From an uncultured SAR86 cluster bacterium (lineage in GTDB: Bacteria; Pseudomonadota; Gammaproteobacteria; Magnimaribacterales; D2472): a stretch of DNA of 64,000 bases. Below the pieces are notes generated by a model, which ran no database searches, was not told the DNA's origin, and saw only the letters and a program-made list of their open reading frames with translations. The stretch spans positions 17,773 through 81,772 of the forward strand of contig CACEAR010000005.1 of NCBI GenBank assembly GCA_902557575.1, given 5' to 3'. The translations under genes were made by a program, and so were the position numbers. This document shows positions 8,980-18,057 of the stretch, piece after piece (positions within the stretch are counted from its first letter, which is position 1; each line of letters starts with the position of its first letter).

Positions 8980-10374
8980 TTGTCTAGGCCAAACAGTCTC
9001 ACAGAAAAATTATCAAAAAAAGATAAAGATTTTCTCTTTCATCCAAATACTAACCTTATTGCCCATAAAGAATCTGGACCATTCATTTTAGAGAGAGGTG
9101 ATGGTATTTACGTATATGACACTGACGGAAATAAATATATAGAAGGTATGGCAGGACTTTGGTGTAATGCATTAGGTCATGGAAACGAGGAATTAGCAGA
9201 TGCAGCCATGGAGCAATTTAAGAAATTTCCTTATGGAAATTTATTTGCTTCTAAAAGTCATGAGCCTGCAATTGAGCTTGCAGAAAAATTAGTTGATTTA
9301 TCACCATTTGAAAATGCAAAGGTATTTTTTGGTAGCTCTGGATCTGATGCAAACGATACCCAAATTAAGCTATTTTGGTATATCAATAACGCACTTGGAA
9401 AAACCAAGAAGAAAAAGTTTCTTTCTCGAATTCAGGCTTATCATGGCGTAACTCTTGCAACGTCTTCATTAACAGGCCTACCAACAATTCATGGTAATTT
9501 TGATTTACCTCAAAATCATTTTTCTCATGCAATGTCACCTCATTATTTTATGAATAAGCATGAAGGCGAATCAGAGGAATCATTTGTTAAGAGGCTTGGT
9601 GAAGATTTAGAAAATCATATTAATAATGAAGATCCGGAGACTATTGCCGCAATGTTTGCTGAACCCTTAATGGGAGCTGGTGGTGTAATTATCCCTCCCA
9701 AAAATTATTTTGAAACTATCCAGCCGATTCTTGATAAGTATGAAATTCCATTAATTGATGATGAAGTCATTTGTGGTTTTGGAAGAACTGGTAATGTTTG
9801 GGGTGCCGATACTTTTAATATGAAACCAGTTTCAATAACTGTTGCGAAAGCTCTTTCATCATCTTATCTACCAATAAGCGCAGTGATTATCTCAGATGAT
9901 TGTTACGATATTGTTGCTCAAAAAAGTGATGAGCTAGGTATTTTTGGCCATGGATATACTTACTCAGGTCATCCAGTTGCATGTGCGGTTGCCGTTAAGA
10001 CTCTAGAAATTTATGAGAGAGACAACATGCTAGAACATGTCAATAAAGTTAGTCCAACTTTCACTGAAAGACTAAAAAAATGTGATCAATATGATCTCGT
10101 TGGTAACACTAGAGGAATTGGTCTTATTGGAGCAATGGAGTTTGTTTCAGAGAAAAATTCTAATAAAGGATTTGAAAAAAAAGGTGTTGCTGGGAAGATT
10201 TTTGCAGATCATGCGAAAGATAATGGTTTAATTGTTAGGGCAATAGGAGATGTAATCGCTTTTTGTCCACCCTTGATTATTACCGACTCTCAAATAAATG
10301 ATATGTTTGACATTGTTGAAGAATCTCTTAAGAAAACCATGGACGAACTTATAAAACAAGGACTTTTAAAATGA
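8980..10374 (+). CDS. Class III (omega) aminotransferase, amine:pyruvate type
   Basis: DEVICGFGRTG and GYTYSGHP motifs; the 464-aa length is typical of SpuC / beta-alanine- / taurine-pyruvate aminotransferases. TTG start preceded by an aaggga SD; there is no nearby in-frame ATG. Confidence 0.85.
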   Translation: MSRPNSLTEKLSKKDKDFLFHPNTNLIAHKESGPFILERGDGIYVYDTDGNKYIEGMAGLWCNALGHGNEELADAAMEQFKKFPYGNLFASKSHEPAIELAEKLVDLSPFENAKVFFGSSGSDANDTQIKLFWYINNALGKTKKKKFLSRIQAYHGVTLATSSLTGLPTIHGNFDLPQNHFSHAMSPHYFMNKHEGESEESFVKRLGEDLENHINNEDPETIAAMFAEPLMGAGGVIIPPKNYFETIQPILDKYEIPLIDDEVICGFGRTGNVWGADTFNMKPVSITVAKALSSSYLPISAVIISDDCYDIVAQKSDELGIFGHGYTYSGHPVACAVAVKTLEIYERDNMLEHVNKVSPTFTERLKKCDQYDLVGNTRGIGLIGAMEFVSEKNSNKGFEKKGVAGKIFADHAKDNGLIVRAIGDVIAFCPPLIITDSQINDMFDIVEESLKKTMDELIKQGLLK

Positions 10375-11468
10375 TTGTAGGTTTACCAAAAGAGATTAAA
10401 AATAATGAACACCGAGTTGGATTAACTCCAGATTCAGTCTCAGAGATTTCTGCAAACGGACATGAGGTGTTTGTGGAAACTAATTGCGGAAAAGAAATCG
10501 GTTTTACAAATGAAAAATATGAAGCAGCTGGAGCAAAAATCCTGAATACAGCTGCCGAGGTTTATGAAAAATCAGAGCTAATTGTAAAAGTAAAAGAACC
10601 TATGGAGTCAGAGGTTCAATATCTAAATTCAGATATAACGCTTTTTACATACTTGCATCTTGCTGGCAATCCATCATTAGCAAAAAAACTTATCGATACC
10701 GGAGTGAGGGGCATTGCTTACGAAACAGTCACTAGCCCTGATAATACTTTTCCACTTTTGGCACCGATGAGCGCAATTGCAGGCCAGATAGCTTTTAATG
10801 TTGGTAATTACTTTTTGTTAAAACAAAACAAAGGTAGAGGAGTTCTTATAGGCACATTAGATGGATTAGATTTGGGTTTAGTAACCATAATAGGCTGTGG
10901 AGTTGCCGGCGAAGAGTCACTGCAAAAAGCTGTTAATAATGGTGTTGAAGTGAACTTAATTGATTTATCCGAACAAAGACTGTCGCAATTAAAATCTAAA
11001 TATGGTGATGAAAAAATTAATTATATTGTTTCCACCCCAGACTCTATTGCTGATTCCATAAAAGATTCAGACTTAATATTAGGTTCTGTTTACTCCCTTG
11101 GAAAAAATGCTCCAAAAGTGGTTACAGACAATATGCTTGATGCAGTTAAACCTGGAGCGGTCATGGTTGACATCTCTATTGATCAAGGAGGATGTTTTGA
11201 AACTTCTTCCCCAACCACTCATGATGATCCAACATTTATCCATAAAGGTATAGTTCACTATTGTGTAACTAATATGCCTGGTGCTGTTCCATTAACAGCA
11301 AGCAATGCATTAAATAGAGCCACAATTAGCTATATTCATGAATTAACTAACAAAGGAATTGATCAAGCTTTAAATGAGAATCAGTATCTAAAAGACGGTT
11401 TGAATATTGATAATAAAGACGTTCCAAATATTTTAGTAAGAGAAGCCTTAGATTCTTTACTAAATTAG
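10371..11468 (+). CDS. ald: Alanine dehydrogenase
   Basis: MIVGLPKEIKNNEHRVGLTP is the canonical Ald N-terminus, with the NAD fold IIGCGVAG; 365 aa. The start overlaps the upstream stop (ATGA). Confidence 0.9.
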   Translation: MIVGLPKEIKNNEHRVGLTPDSVSEISANGHEVFVETNCGKEIGFTNEKYEAAGAKILNTAAEVYEKSELIVKVKEPMESEVQYLNSDITLFTYLHLAGNPSLAKKLIDTGVRGIAYETVTSPDNTFPLLAPMSAIAGQIAFNVGNYFLLKQNKGRGVLIGTLDGLDLGLVTIIGCGVAGEESLQKAVNNGVEVNLIDLSEQRLSQLKSKYGDEKINYIVSTPDSIADSIKDSDLILGSVYSLGKNAPKVVTDNMLDAVKPGAVMVDISIDQGGCFETSSPTTHDDPTFIHKGIVHYCVTNMPGAVPLTASNALNRATISYIHELTNKGIDQALNENQYLKDGLNIDNKDVPNILVREALDSLLN

Positions 11469-11831
11469 ATTTATAGCCATCAGAACCAAACAAACTATTG
11501 ATCCCATCCAGACTATACTTCTGTAAGGATTAAGTTTGTAAACATAGCAAAAAACATAAGCTATTCTAAAAATTATCCAGCAAAGAGCATAAACGAAAGA
11601 GTCAACACCAATTACAATTGAAAGAACAGCGCATGCAAAGAAAATAGGTAAACTTTCTTTTAAATTTTCAGTTGCCGCATGAATTCTAATTACATGATTG
11701 GGAATATTCGTATCTCTATTAATTAGTTGTTTCACATTTGAATAATCTGGATTATTTCTAAAAGTGAGCAGGGTAGGAAGCATCAAATGTATCAAATACA
11801 TAAACATTGTTGCTAATACGATATAAAGCAT
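11460..11831 (-). CDS. MAPEG family membrane protein (membrane-associated glutathione-metabolism family)
   Basis: 123 aa with about 4 TM segments and the motif R-x-H-A-A-x-E-N-x-x-E-x-x-P-x-F seen in bacterial MAPEG proteins. Confidence 0.55.
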   Translation of the reverse strand: MLYIVLATMFMYLIHLMLPTLLTFRNNPDYSNVKQLINRDTNIPNHVIRIHAATENLKESLPIFFACAVLSIVIGVDSFVYALCWIIFRIAYVFCYVYKLNPYRSIVWMGSIVCLVLMAINLI

Positions 11832-11916
11832 TCTTAGTATATTAGCATATGTTTATAGACCTAATAATTTTTAAAAAAATTTGAATTTTCATTTTCTTAT
11901 ATGATCTAATAATAAT

Positions 11917-12456
11917 ATGTTTACAAAAATGTCAGATGGCACCAAGGAAGAGTGGGAGCATATTAGTCAAGAACATGCACCGCATATCATGGATATGCCA
12001 GCAAGAGTTATAGAAATGCTTAAACAGCTTGAAGGGCTCTCTTTGGGTTTTGGGACTAATCAATTACATCATGCTCTCCAAACTGCAACAATGGCAAAAA
12101 GAGCTGGTGCAGATGATGAGATGGTTTTAATAAGCTTAATTCATGACATGGGGAAGGTTGTAAATGTTCCAAATCATGGACAAATCTGTGCAGAGATTAT
12201 AAAACCTTATGTAAGTGACGATGCCTACAACATAATTCGCACTCATCAAGACTTTCAAGGTGAGCATTATTATCATTATTTAGGTAAACCAAGAGATCTA
12301 AGAAAAAACTATGAAAAAGAGTCATGGTATGAAAAAGCTAGGCAATTTACTGATGAGTGGGATCAAGCAGCTTTTGATCCAGAATATGACACAGAACCAT
12401 TAGAGTTTTTTATTCCTCTAATTGAAAAATTCTTTAGTTTCCCAAAAACTATTTAA
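11917..12456 (+). CDS. HD-domain protein of the COG4341 / PhnZ-MIOX-like group
   Basis: NQLHHALQTATMAKRAGADDEMVLISLIHDMGK, NHGQICAEII, IRTHQDF and the C-terminal EWDQAAFDPEY..PLEFF match my recollection of the His/Asp ligand spacing of PhnZ-type HD proteins. Confidence 0.65.
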   Translation: MFTKMSDGTKEEWEHISQEHAPHIMDMPARVIEMLKQLEGLSLGFGTNQLHHALQTATMAKRAGADDEMVLISLIHDMGKVVNVPNHGQICAEIIKPYVSDDAYNIIRTHQDFQGEHYYHYLGKPRDLRKNYEKESWYEKARQFTDEWDQAAFDPEYDTEPLEFFIPLIEKFFSFPKTI

Positions 12457-12457
12457 A

Positions 12458-12685
12458 TTAGACTATATGTTCTTCTCTATCCTGCTTGGCGGTATAGGTC
12501 TTTCCGCTTTTTCCTTTATAAGGTTCAGTAATTCCCTTTGAGCCTGATTGATTATTTACCAATGTAAAGAAGCTAAAGCCCATGACAAAACAACCTAAGC
12601 CAAGCAGAAAATACTCAATCCCAAAGAATAGAAGACCCACCAAGAGTACAATTTGACATGCTGCTATGAAATAATTTGAGTTCAT
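12458..12685 (-). CDS. Small membrane protein, hypothetical
   Basis: 75 aa with two hydrophobic helices followed by a Lys/Gly-rich tail. It fills the gap exactly. No recognisable family. Confidence 0.4.
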   Translation of the reverse strand: MNSNYFIAACQIVLLVGLLFFGIEYFLLGLGCFVMGFSFFTLVNNQSGSKGITEPYKGKSGKTYTAKQDREEHIV

Positions 12686-12697
12686 ACCTGTTTTATT

Positions 12698-12726
12698 TTG
12701 TCATATTTAAGCCAAAATACTATAAT
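12698..12726 (+). promoter_or_regulatory. Near-consensus sigma70 promoter of the TonB-receptor locus
   Basis: TTGTCA (12698-12703), an exactly 17-nt spacer, then a perfect TATAAT (12721-12726). It lies about 35 nt upstream of the ATG at 12761, with SD agaggaag. Confidence 0.6.
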
Positions 12727-12760
12727 CACAGTAAATTTTTAGTCATTTATAGAGGAAGTT

Positions 12761-15253
12761 ATGAAATTTTTTAAGTATCTATTATTACCAGTTTTCTTTT
12801 TTAATATATCTTTAATTGCTCAAGAGAGTGATGAGGACAGTGGAAATGATATAGAGGAGGTTGTTGTTACAGCCACTTCAAGAGAAACTTCAATTTTTGA
12901 AGTTCCATACAATATTTCTGCTGTATCAGGATCTGATATTGATTCAAAAGGTATTCAAGATACTGCAGAACTTCTAAGAAGTTTTGCGGGTATTAGCACT
13001 ATAGACAGAGGGTCAAGGAATGCTGGAACTGTTAACAATATAAGAATAAGAGGTCTTAACGTTGATTCAAATGCATTACAAGATTATCCAGTTAGTGCTG
13101 CAGCAGCAGTTTCAACTTATGTAGACAAAACCCCGGTTTTTGCAAACTTTCTCTTAAAAGATCTTAATAGAGTGGAGGTTTTAAGAGGGCCTCAATCAAC
13201 GCTATATGGTTCTGGAGCACTTGGAGGAACTGTTAGATATATAACAAATAAACCTTCTTTTGATGGTTTTTCCTCAAAGGTTAATTTTACAGCAAGTCAG
13301 GTTAAGGGCTCTGATGATATTGGAGACAATGTTGATGTTGTCATTAATGTGCCTGTTTTAAGCAATATTGCATATAGATTCGTTTCATCAAAAGCTGATT
13401 ATCCTGGAATTACAGATTACGTTAATGTTCATGAGGTAACTGATTTACCAGCATTTGATCCTTATGGAATAGGGCTGATAAGTGGATCTACAGGAGTGCC
13501 ATCACTTAAGAATGGCTTTGGAACAGCACTAGACTTTATGACTTCACCTCCTGTAATTAATGGAGTTAAGGATGCTGATACCGTTGATGTTGAATTCTTT
13601 AGACACAAAGTTCTTGTGGATATTTCTGACAATCTTGAGCTTTTAATTACATCAACAACTCAAGAAGACATGGTTGGAGGAAGAAGAGCGCCTTCTACTG
13701 GAACAAGATATGTTCTTAATGATTCATGTGTTGATCTAACAGCTACAGACTGTTATTCAACATCAACATATGGAAGCTATGACAACGGAGCTGTAATGCT
13801 TGAACCATCAATGAGAGAAGTAACTCTTAATACAGTTGAACTTAACTTTGACGGATCAGTAGCTGATTTAGAGGTATCACTTTCAAATTATGAGAGAGAA
13901 TCTGAGAGCATCACTGATAATACTGGATTCTTTGCTAATGGCGGATTCTTAACTAGCGATATAGCTGGATACTACTCTGACTTTGATGTTGGGGGTATTT
14001 TTGCAGTACCACCTAGACCATATGTTGCAGCAAATAGACAGTATAACAATAGTGGTAAGACTCTTGAAGTTAGATTAATTTCTGAAAAATCTGATGTCGT
14101 TGACTATGTTCTTGGATTTTTTATGCAAAAAGAGCAACTTACTAGAAAACAACAAACTATGATAAAAGGAACTAATGCTTGGAACGGATATTACTATGGC
14201 ATTGATTACGTAGTTGATCCATTGGAAACAGATTTTGATTACCGTGTTTCTGAAACAGTCAGACAAAAAGCAGCATACGGAGAACTTACTTATCATGCGT
14301 CTGATGTTTTTGATGTGACTTTTGGTTTTAGGCACTTTTCACTTAATGCTGGCGGTACCTCAGATATGAGTTTTGCTTTGTATGGTCTTGGACCATCAAC
14401 TGGTGATCACGACAATCAAGAATCGGATACTTTATATAAGTTAAATTTAGCTTACATGCCGAAATCGAATCAGACTTGGTATGCAACGCTTTCAGAAGGA
14501 TTTAGAAGAGGCGGAGTGAATGCGGTTCCTACTGAAGGAACTTTTACTGAGGAAGCCGGTTGGGTTCCTTTTGATTCTGATTCAGTTCTGAATCTTGAGT
14601 TTGGAACTAAGGGTGTTAGTAAAAAAGATGTTTATTACAACATCAGTGTTTATAGAGTTGATTGGAATAATCCTCAATTAAATACCGATACACCAAATTA
14701 CAGCTTCTATGCGGTAATAAATGGTGATGAAGCTCAGACCACTGGTTTAGATATTGAATTGAAAGGTACAGTTGGTAGTTTAGATTGGGATCTTGGTTAT
14801 GCTAGAAATAAATCTGATTTAAGAGCAGATCTTGTAACACCTGCATCTGTTCCAACAGTTTATGCACCACAAGGTGACGGCTTACCTGGAACCCCAGAGG
14901 ACATGTTTAATGCTGGGTTAGCATATACTCATTATTTCACAAACGGATGGGGTGTTGTTCATAGAGCAAATATGTATTATCAAAGTGATATGAAAAATCA
15001 TTTAAGCACTAATGTTGGTTACTCACAGCAGCTAGACTCATTCACGATCGGTGATGTGTCTGCAACATTCTTCAATGATGATATGTATGTAAGCTTATTT
15101 GTTAAAAACTTAATGAACGAGCGTGGTGTAACTGGAATGTTCAAAAGCGAATCATTCGGACCAAACCCAGCAGAAGGTTTTTATGGAAGTAACGATAGAG
15201 AATTTATTGCTCTTCCAAGAACAGTTGGAATATCAATAGAGAAATCTTTCTAA
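12761..15253 (+). CDS. TonB-dependent outer-membrane receptor (830 aa)
   Basis: Signal peptide, TonB box IEEVVVTATSRE, plug motifs (RVEVLRGPQSTLYGSGALGG), a long barrel, and a C-terminal ...SIEKSF. Confidence 0.9.
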   Translation: MKFFKYLLLPVFFFNISLIAQESDEDSGNDIEEVVVTATSRETSIFEVPYNISAVSGSDIDSKGIQDTAELLRSFAGISTIDRGSRNAGTVNNIRIRGLNVDSNALQDYPVSAAAAVSTYVDKTPVFANFLLKDLNRVEVLRGPQSTLYGSGALGGTVRYITNKPSFDGFSSKVNFTASQVKGSDDIGDNVDVVINVPVLSNIAYRFVSSKADYPGITDYVNVHEVTDLPAFDPYGIGLISGSTGVPSLKNGFGTALDFMTSPPVINGVKDADTVDVEFFRHKVLVDISDNLELLITSTTQEDMVGGRRAPSTGTRYVLNDSCVDLTATDCYSTSTYGSYDNGAVMLEPSMREVTLNTVELNFDGSVADLEVSLSNYERESESITDNTGFFANGGFLTSDIAGYYSDFDVGGIFAVPPRPYVAANRQYNNSGKTLEVRLISEKSDVVDYVLGFFMQKEQLTRKQQTMIKGTNAWNGYYYGIDYVVDPLETDFDYRVSETVRQKAAYGELTYHASDVFDVTFGFRHFSLNAGGTSDMSFALYGLGPSTGDHDNQESDTLYKLNLAYMPKSNQTWYATLSEGFRRGGVNAVPTEGTFTEEAGWVPFDSDSVLNLEFGTKGVSKKDVYYNISVYRVDWNNPQLNTDTPNYSFYAVINGDEAQTTGLDIELKGTVGSLDWDLGYARNKSDLRADLVTPASVPTVYAPQGDGLPGTPEDMFNAGLAYTHYFTNGWGVVHRANMYYQSDMKNHLSTNVGYSQQLDSFTIGDVSATFFNDDMYVSLFVKNLMNERGVTGMFKSESFGPNPAEGFYGSNDREFIALPRTVGISIEKSF

Positions 15254-15259
15254 TACTCT

Positions 15260-16906
15260 TTGTATAGATTATTTTTCTTACTAATTCTTTGCCCATTTCT
15301 TTATTCACAAGATTTGGGCAAAATTTTATGGGGTGAAAAACCCTTAACATCACCTATAAATTTTGACTATATCCTCACTGAATCAAAAAATATAAATTAC
15401 AAAAATCTCTCTGGAAGTTTTTATATTAACTCATATCCAAAGGGTATTGGTTATGATGTTATTAGAGATGAAAAAACATTTAAAAATAGGAAAAATGAAG
15501 ATTTATTTTTAAAGTTTCCTGATTTTAAATTGGATTTATCAATACAAGGTCAGAATGTAATTGTTCACAACAAAAAAATTATTGAAACGGATGATAAATT
15601 TTGGGATTTAAGTTTTTCTGATGGAATGGCATGGTCTAGAGAGGATCATATCTATGTTTCCGCACCGTTTACCTTAATTCAAAAACATGCAAATTGTTCT
15701 CATAATGGAGTTTTATTATTTGTCTTGAATTCTATTAATGAAATTTCTCAAAGTATATTTCAAATATCAAGCGAAACCTGTGCCTATTTTCAATTTAATT
15801 ATGTAGCTATTTTCGATTCTTTTTTTGAAACTAATGACAATGACAATGAATTTATTACCGATACTCAAAATAAAAAATCTATGGATGATTTATATGAAAA
15901 ATATCCATCTATTTTTAGAGGATCCTTTGCTGATTCAGATGCATTCAATGCAAACGAAGTTACTGCATATGGATTTTTTGATGGCGAGGAGCATTTTATA
16001 GGGCCATGCTTAACTAGATCAGGTAATTATCCATTCTGCGACAACCTGTTGTTGCCTGCATATTCACTCACAAAAACTATAAGTGGATCTTTAGGAATTG
16101 CAGCTTATCAAAAAAAATATGGATCAATTGTAGATATCAAGATAAATGATCTTGTATCTGCTTGTTCAAAAAATAAATGGAAGGATGTAACAATTGAAAA
16201 TCTTTCAGATATGGCAACCGGCCAATATAAATCATTAATTCACTATGGTGATGAAGATAGTCTTGCATCCGTAAATTTCATTTTTAATAAGCTAAGTCAT
16301 GAAGAAAAAGTAGATTTTGCATGTAACAACTATCCAAAAAAGAAAAAACCAGGGACAACGTTTGTTTATCACACTTCGGATACCTATTTAATTGGTACAT
16401 CTCTAAATAATTTATTATCTGATAAAAAAGAAAATGATTTTTTTGATGATTTGTTAGTTCCTATATTTAATCATCATAATTTCAGTGAAAAAATCAAATA
16501 TATTAGAAGAACAAATGATATTAGAAATCAGCCATACACTGGATGGGGAATGTTTCTCCAACGAGATGATCTAATTAAATTAAATTCACTTTTTCAATCT
16601 CCAGAAAGAATTAAATATTTTTCAAAAGAATTTTTAGATGAAGGACTGCAACGCACCGAAGATAAAGGATTACTAGCTATTATGCAATCTGATATTTTTT
16701 ATAATAATGGATTTTGGGCTGCTAGATTCGATAAAAATATATTTGGATGTAAGGAGGATTTAATGATTCCTTTTATGTCAGGATTTGGAGGAATAACTGT
16801 AGTTTTTTTACCTAACTCAATGATGTATTACTACTTTAGCGATAATTTTACTTTCTCATGGTATTCTGCAGTATACGCGGCTCACAACATCAAACCATTA
16901 TGTTAA
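15260..16906 (+). CDS. Exported serine hydrolase (beta-lactamase-related) with a long N-terminal domain of unknown function
   Basis: Signal-like N-terminus. The SxxK motif S269-L-T-K sits at 16064-16075, unusually far from the N-terminus. A late SGFGGITVVFLP motif is typical of this fold. TTG start 6 nt after the receptor stop. Confidence 0.7.
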   Translation: MYRLFFLLILCPFLYSQDLGKILWGEKPLTSPINFDYILTESKNINYKNLSGSFYINSYPKGIGYDVIRDEKTFKNRKNEDLFLKFPDFKLDLSIQGQNVIVHNKKIIETDDKFWDLSFSDGMAWSREDHIYVSAPFTLIQKHANCSHNGVLLFVLNSINEISQSIFQISSETCAYFQFNYVAIFDSFFETNDNDNEFITDTQNKKSMDDLYEKYPSIFRGSFADSDAFNANEVTAYGFFDGEEHFIGPCLTRSGNYPFCDNLLLPAYSLTKTISGSLGIAAYQKKYGSIVDIKINDLVSACSKNKWKDVTIENLSDMATGQYKSLIHYGDEDSLASVNFIFNKLSHEEKVDFACNNYPKKKKPGTTFVYHTSDTYLIGTSLNNLLSDKKENDFFDDLLVPIFNHHNFSEKIKYIRRTNDIRNQPYTGWGMFLQRDDLIKLNSLFQSPERIKYFSKEFLDEGLQRTEDKGLLAIMQSDIFYNNGFWAARFDKNIFGCKEDLMIPFMSGFGGITVVFLPNSMMYYYFSDNFTFSWYSAVYAAHNIKPLC

Positions 16907-18057
16907 GAAATATTCATCAAGATAGTCTCTTAAATGCTTTTTTTCTATCAATTCTGGCAACTGCTGGATTATTTTATGTGAATTTAGGTGGTTCATTCTT
17001 GTCTGCATTTGTAGATGGTTTGAGTATTGAAAGAGATGCAGCTGGCTTCATAGTAAGTGCGAATAAGTATGGTGCAGCTTTTGGAGGTTTGCTGGCAGCT
17101 ATATTCATTAAAAAACTTATATGGAGAAAGTCAGCATATACACTGCTATTCATTTTAATTTCAATTGATATTATTTCATCGCAAATACCAAATGCTAATT
17201 TATTAATCTTGATAAGGTTTCTTCACGGAACAATTGGCGGTTTTTTAGTTGGAATTGGTTTATCTGTTATAGCTAGAACATCATTCCCAGATAGAGTATT
17301 TGGTATGCTAATGGTTGTTCAATATTCTTTTGGGAGCATTGGGATATTCACAGTGCCAAGACTTGTTGATGCTTTTGGCTATAGTGCTGTTTTCTTCGTT
17401 TTAATTACATTTAGCATTATGACATTGTTGATACTTCCACTTATTCCTGACCCAAAAGAAAAAGGAGAAACTGTTAGTAGCTCAGGAGTATTATCACTTC
17501 ACTCTAAGGCTCTATTAGGCATATGTTTAATGAGCTTATTTTTATTTCAAGCATCAAATATGGGTGTTGCAGATTTTGCATTTGAGCTAGGCAAAGACAT
17601 TGATCTTACTAACAATGAAATTAGCAATCTTTTAACAATTGCAAATATTATTTCAATCTCTGGAGGTGCCTTTGCTTATCTTATAGCTACTCGATTTGGC
17701 AGGACTTTGCCTTTATTGTTTGGTTTCACCATAGCCTCTTTATTTACGTACTTATTAAATTTCTCAGAAAATATAACAATTTACTTTGTTGCTAACTCTG
17801 TTACAGGAATCACTTGGGGTTTTGTCATTCCATATCTATTAGGTTTAGCAGCAACTTTTGATAAATATGGTCAAATGGCAGCATTGGCTGGCTTTGTCTC
17901 AAAAATTGGACTAGCAAGTGGTCCTCTAATAGCTTCATTTCTAATAATCGATTATGGCTTTAGTGTAATTATAAATCTTGCTACCTTTGGATTACTTCTT
18001 GGATGCGTGCTCGCAGTGTATGCAAGCCAACAATCTTCAAAAATCAATAATGAATAA
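16900..18057 (+). CDS. MFS transporter
   Basis: About 12 hydrophobic segments. I prefer the ATG at 16900 (ATGTTAA overlap with the upstream stop) over the 16858 start in the ORF track. Confidence 0.75.
   Translation: MLRNIHQDSLLNAFFLSILATAGLFYVNLGGSFLSAFVDGLSIERDAAGFIVSANKYGAAFGGLLAAIFIKKLIWRKSAYTLLFILISIDIISSQIPNANLLILIRFLHGTIGGFLVGIGLSVIARTSFPDRVFGMLMVVQYSFGSIGIFTVPRLVDAFGYSAVFFVLITFSIMTLLILPLIPDPKEKGETVSSSGVLSLHSKALLGICLMSLFLFQASNMGVADFAFELGKDIDLTNNEISNLLTIANIISISGGAFAYLIATRFGRTLPLLFGFTIASLFTYLLNFSENITIYFVANSVTGITWGFVIPYLLGLAATFDKYGQMAALAGFVSKIGLASGPLIASFLIIDYGFSVIINLATFGLLLGCVLAVYASQQSSKINNE

Noticed and set aside
14075-14335. 86-aa antisense ORF within the 830-aa TonB receptor, and similar short antisense ORFs at 20803-21087, 21328-21516, 23000-23233, 24845-25127, 26260-26445, 27403-27585, 29368-29553, 32575-32808, 36370-36555, 37721-37963, 38744-38950, 40593-40862, 44976-45170, 52616-52813, 54051-54275, 58454-58729, 60233-60466, 60832-61032 and 63094-63282
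   Set aside because: All lie inside longer motif-supported genes on the opposite strand. An AT-rich genome still yields chance ORFs of 60-100 codons. None has recognisable features.
16858-16899. N-terminal extensions suggested by the ORF track (also 17978-18049, 32408-32446, 26980-27081, 43595-43606, 4559-4576, 61099-61113)
   Set aside because: The extensions overlap upstream genes and encode non-native-looking peptides. Internal ATGs give proper signal peptides or canonical N-termini and classic start/stop overlaps.
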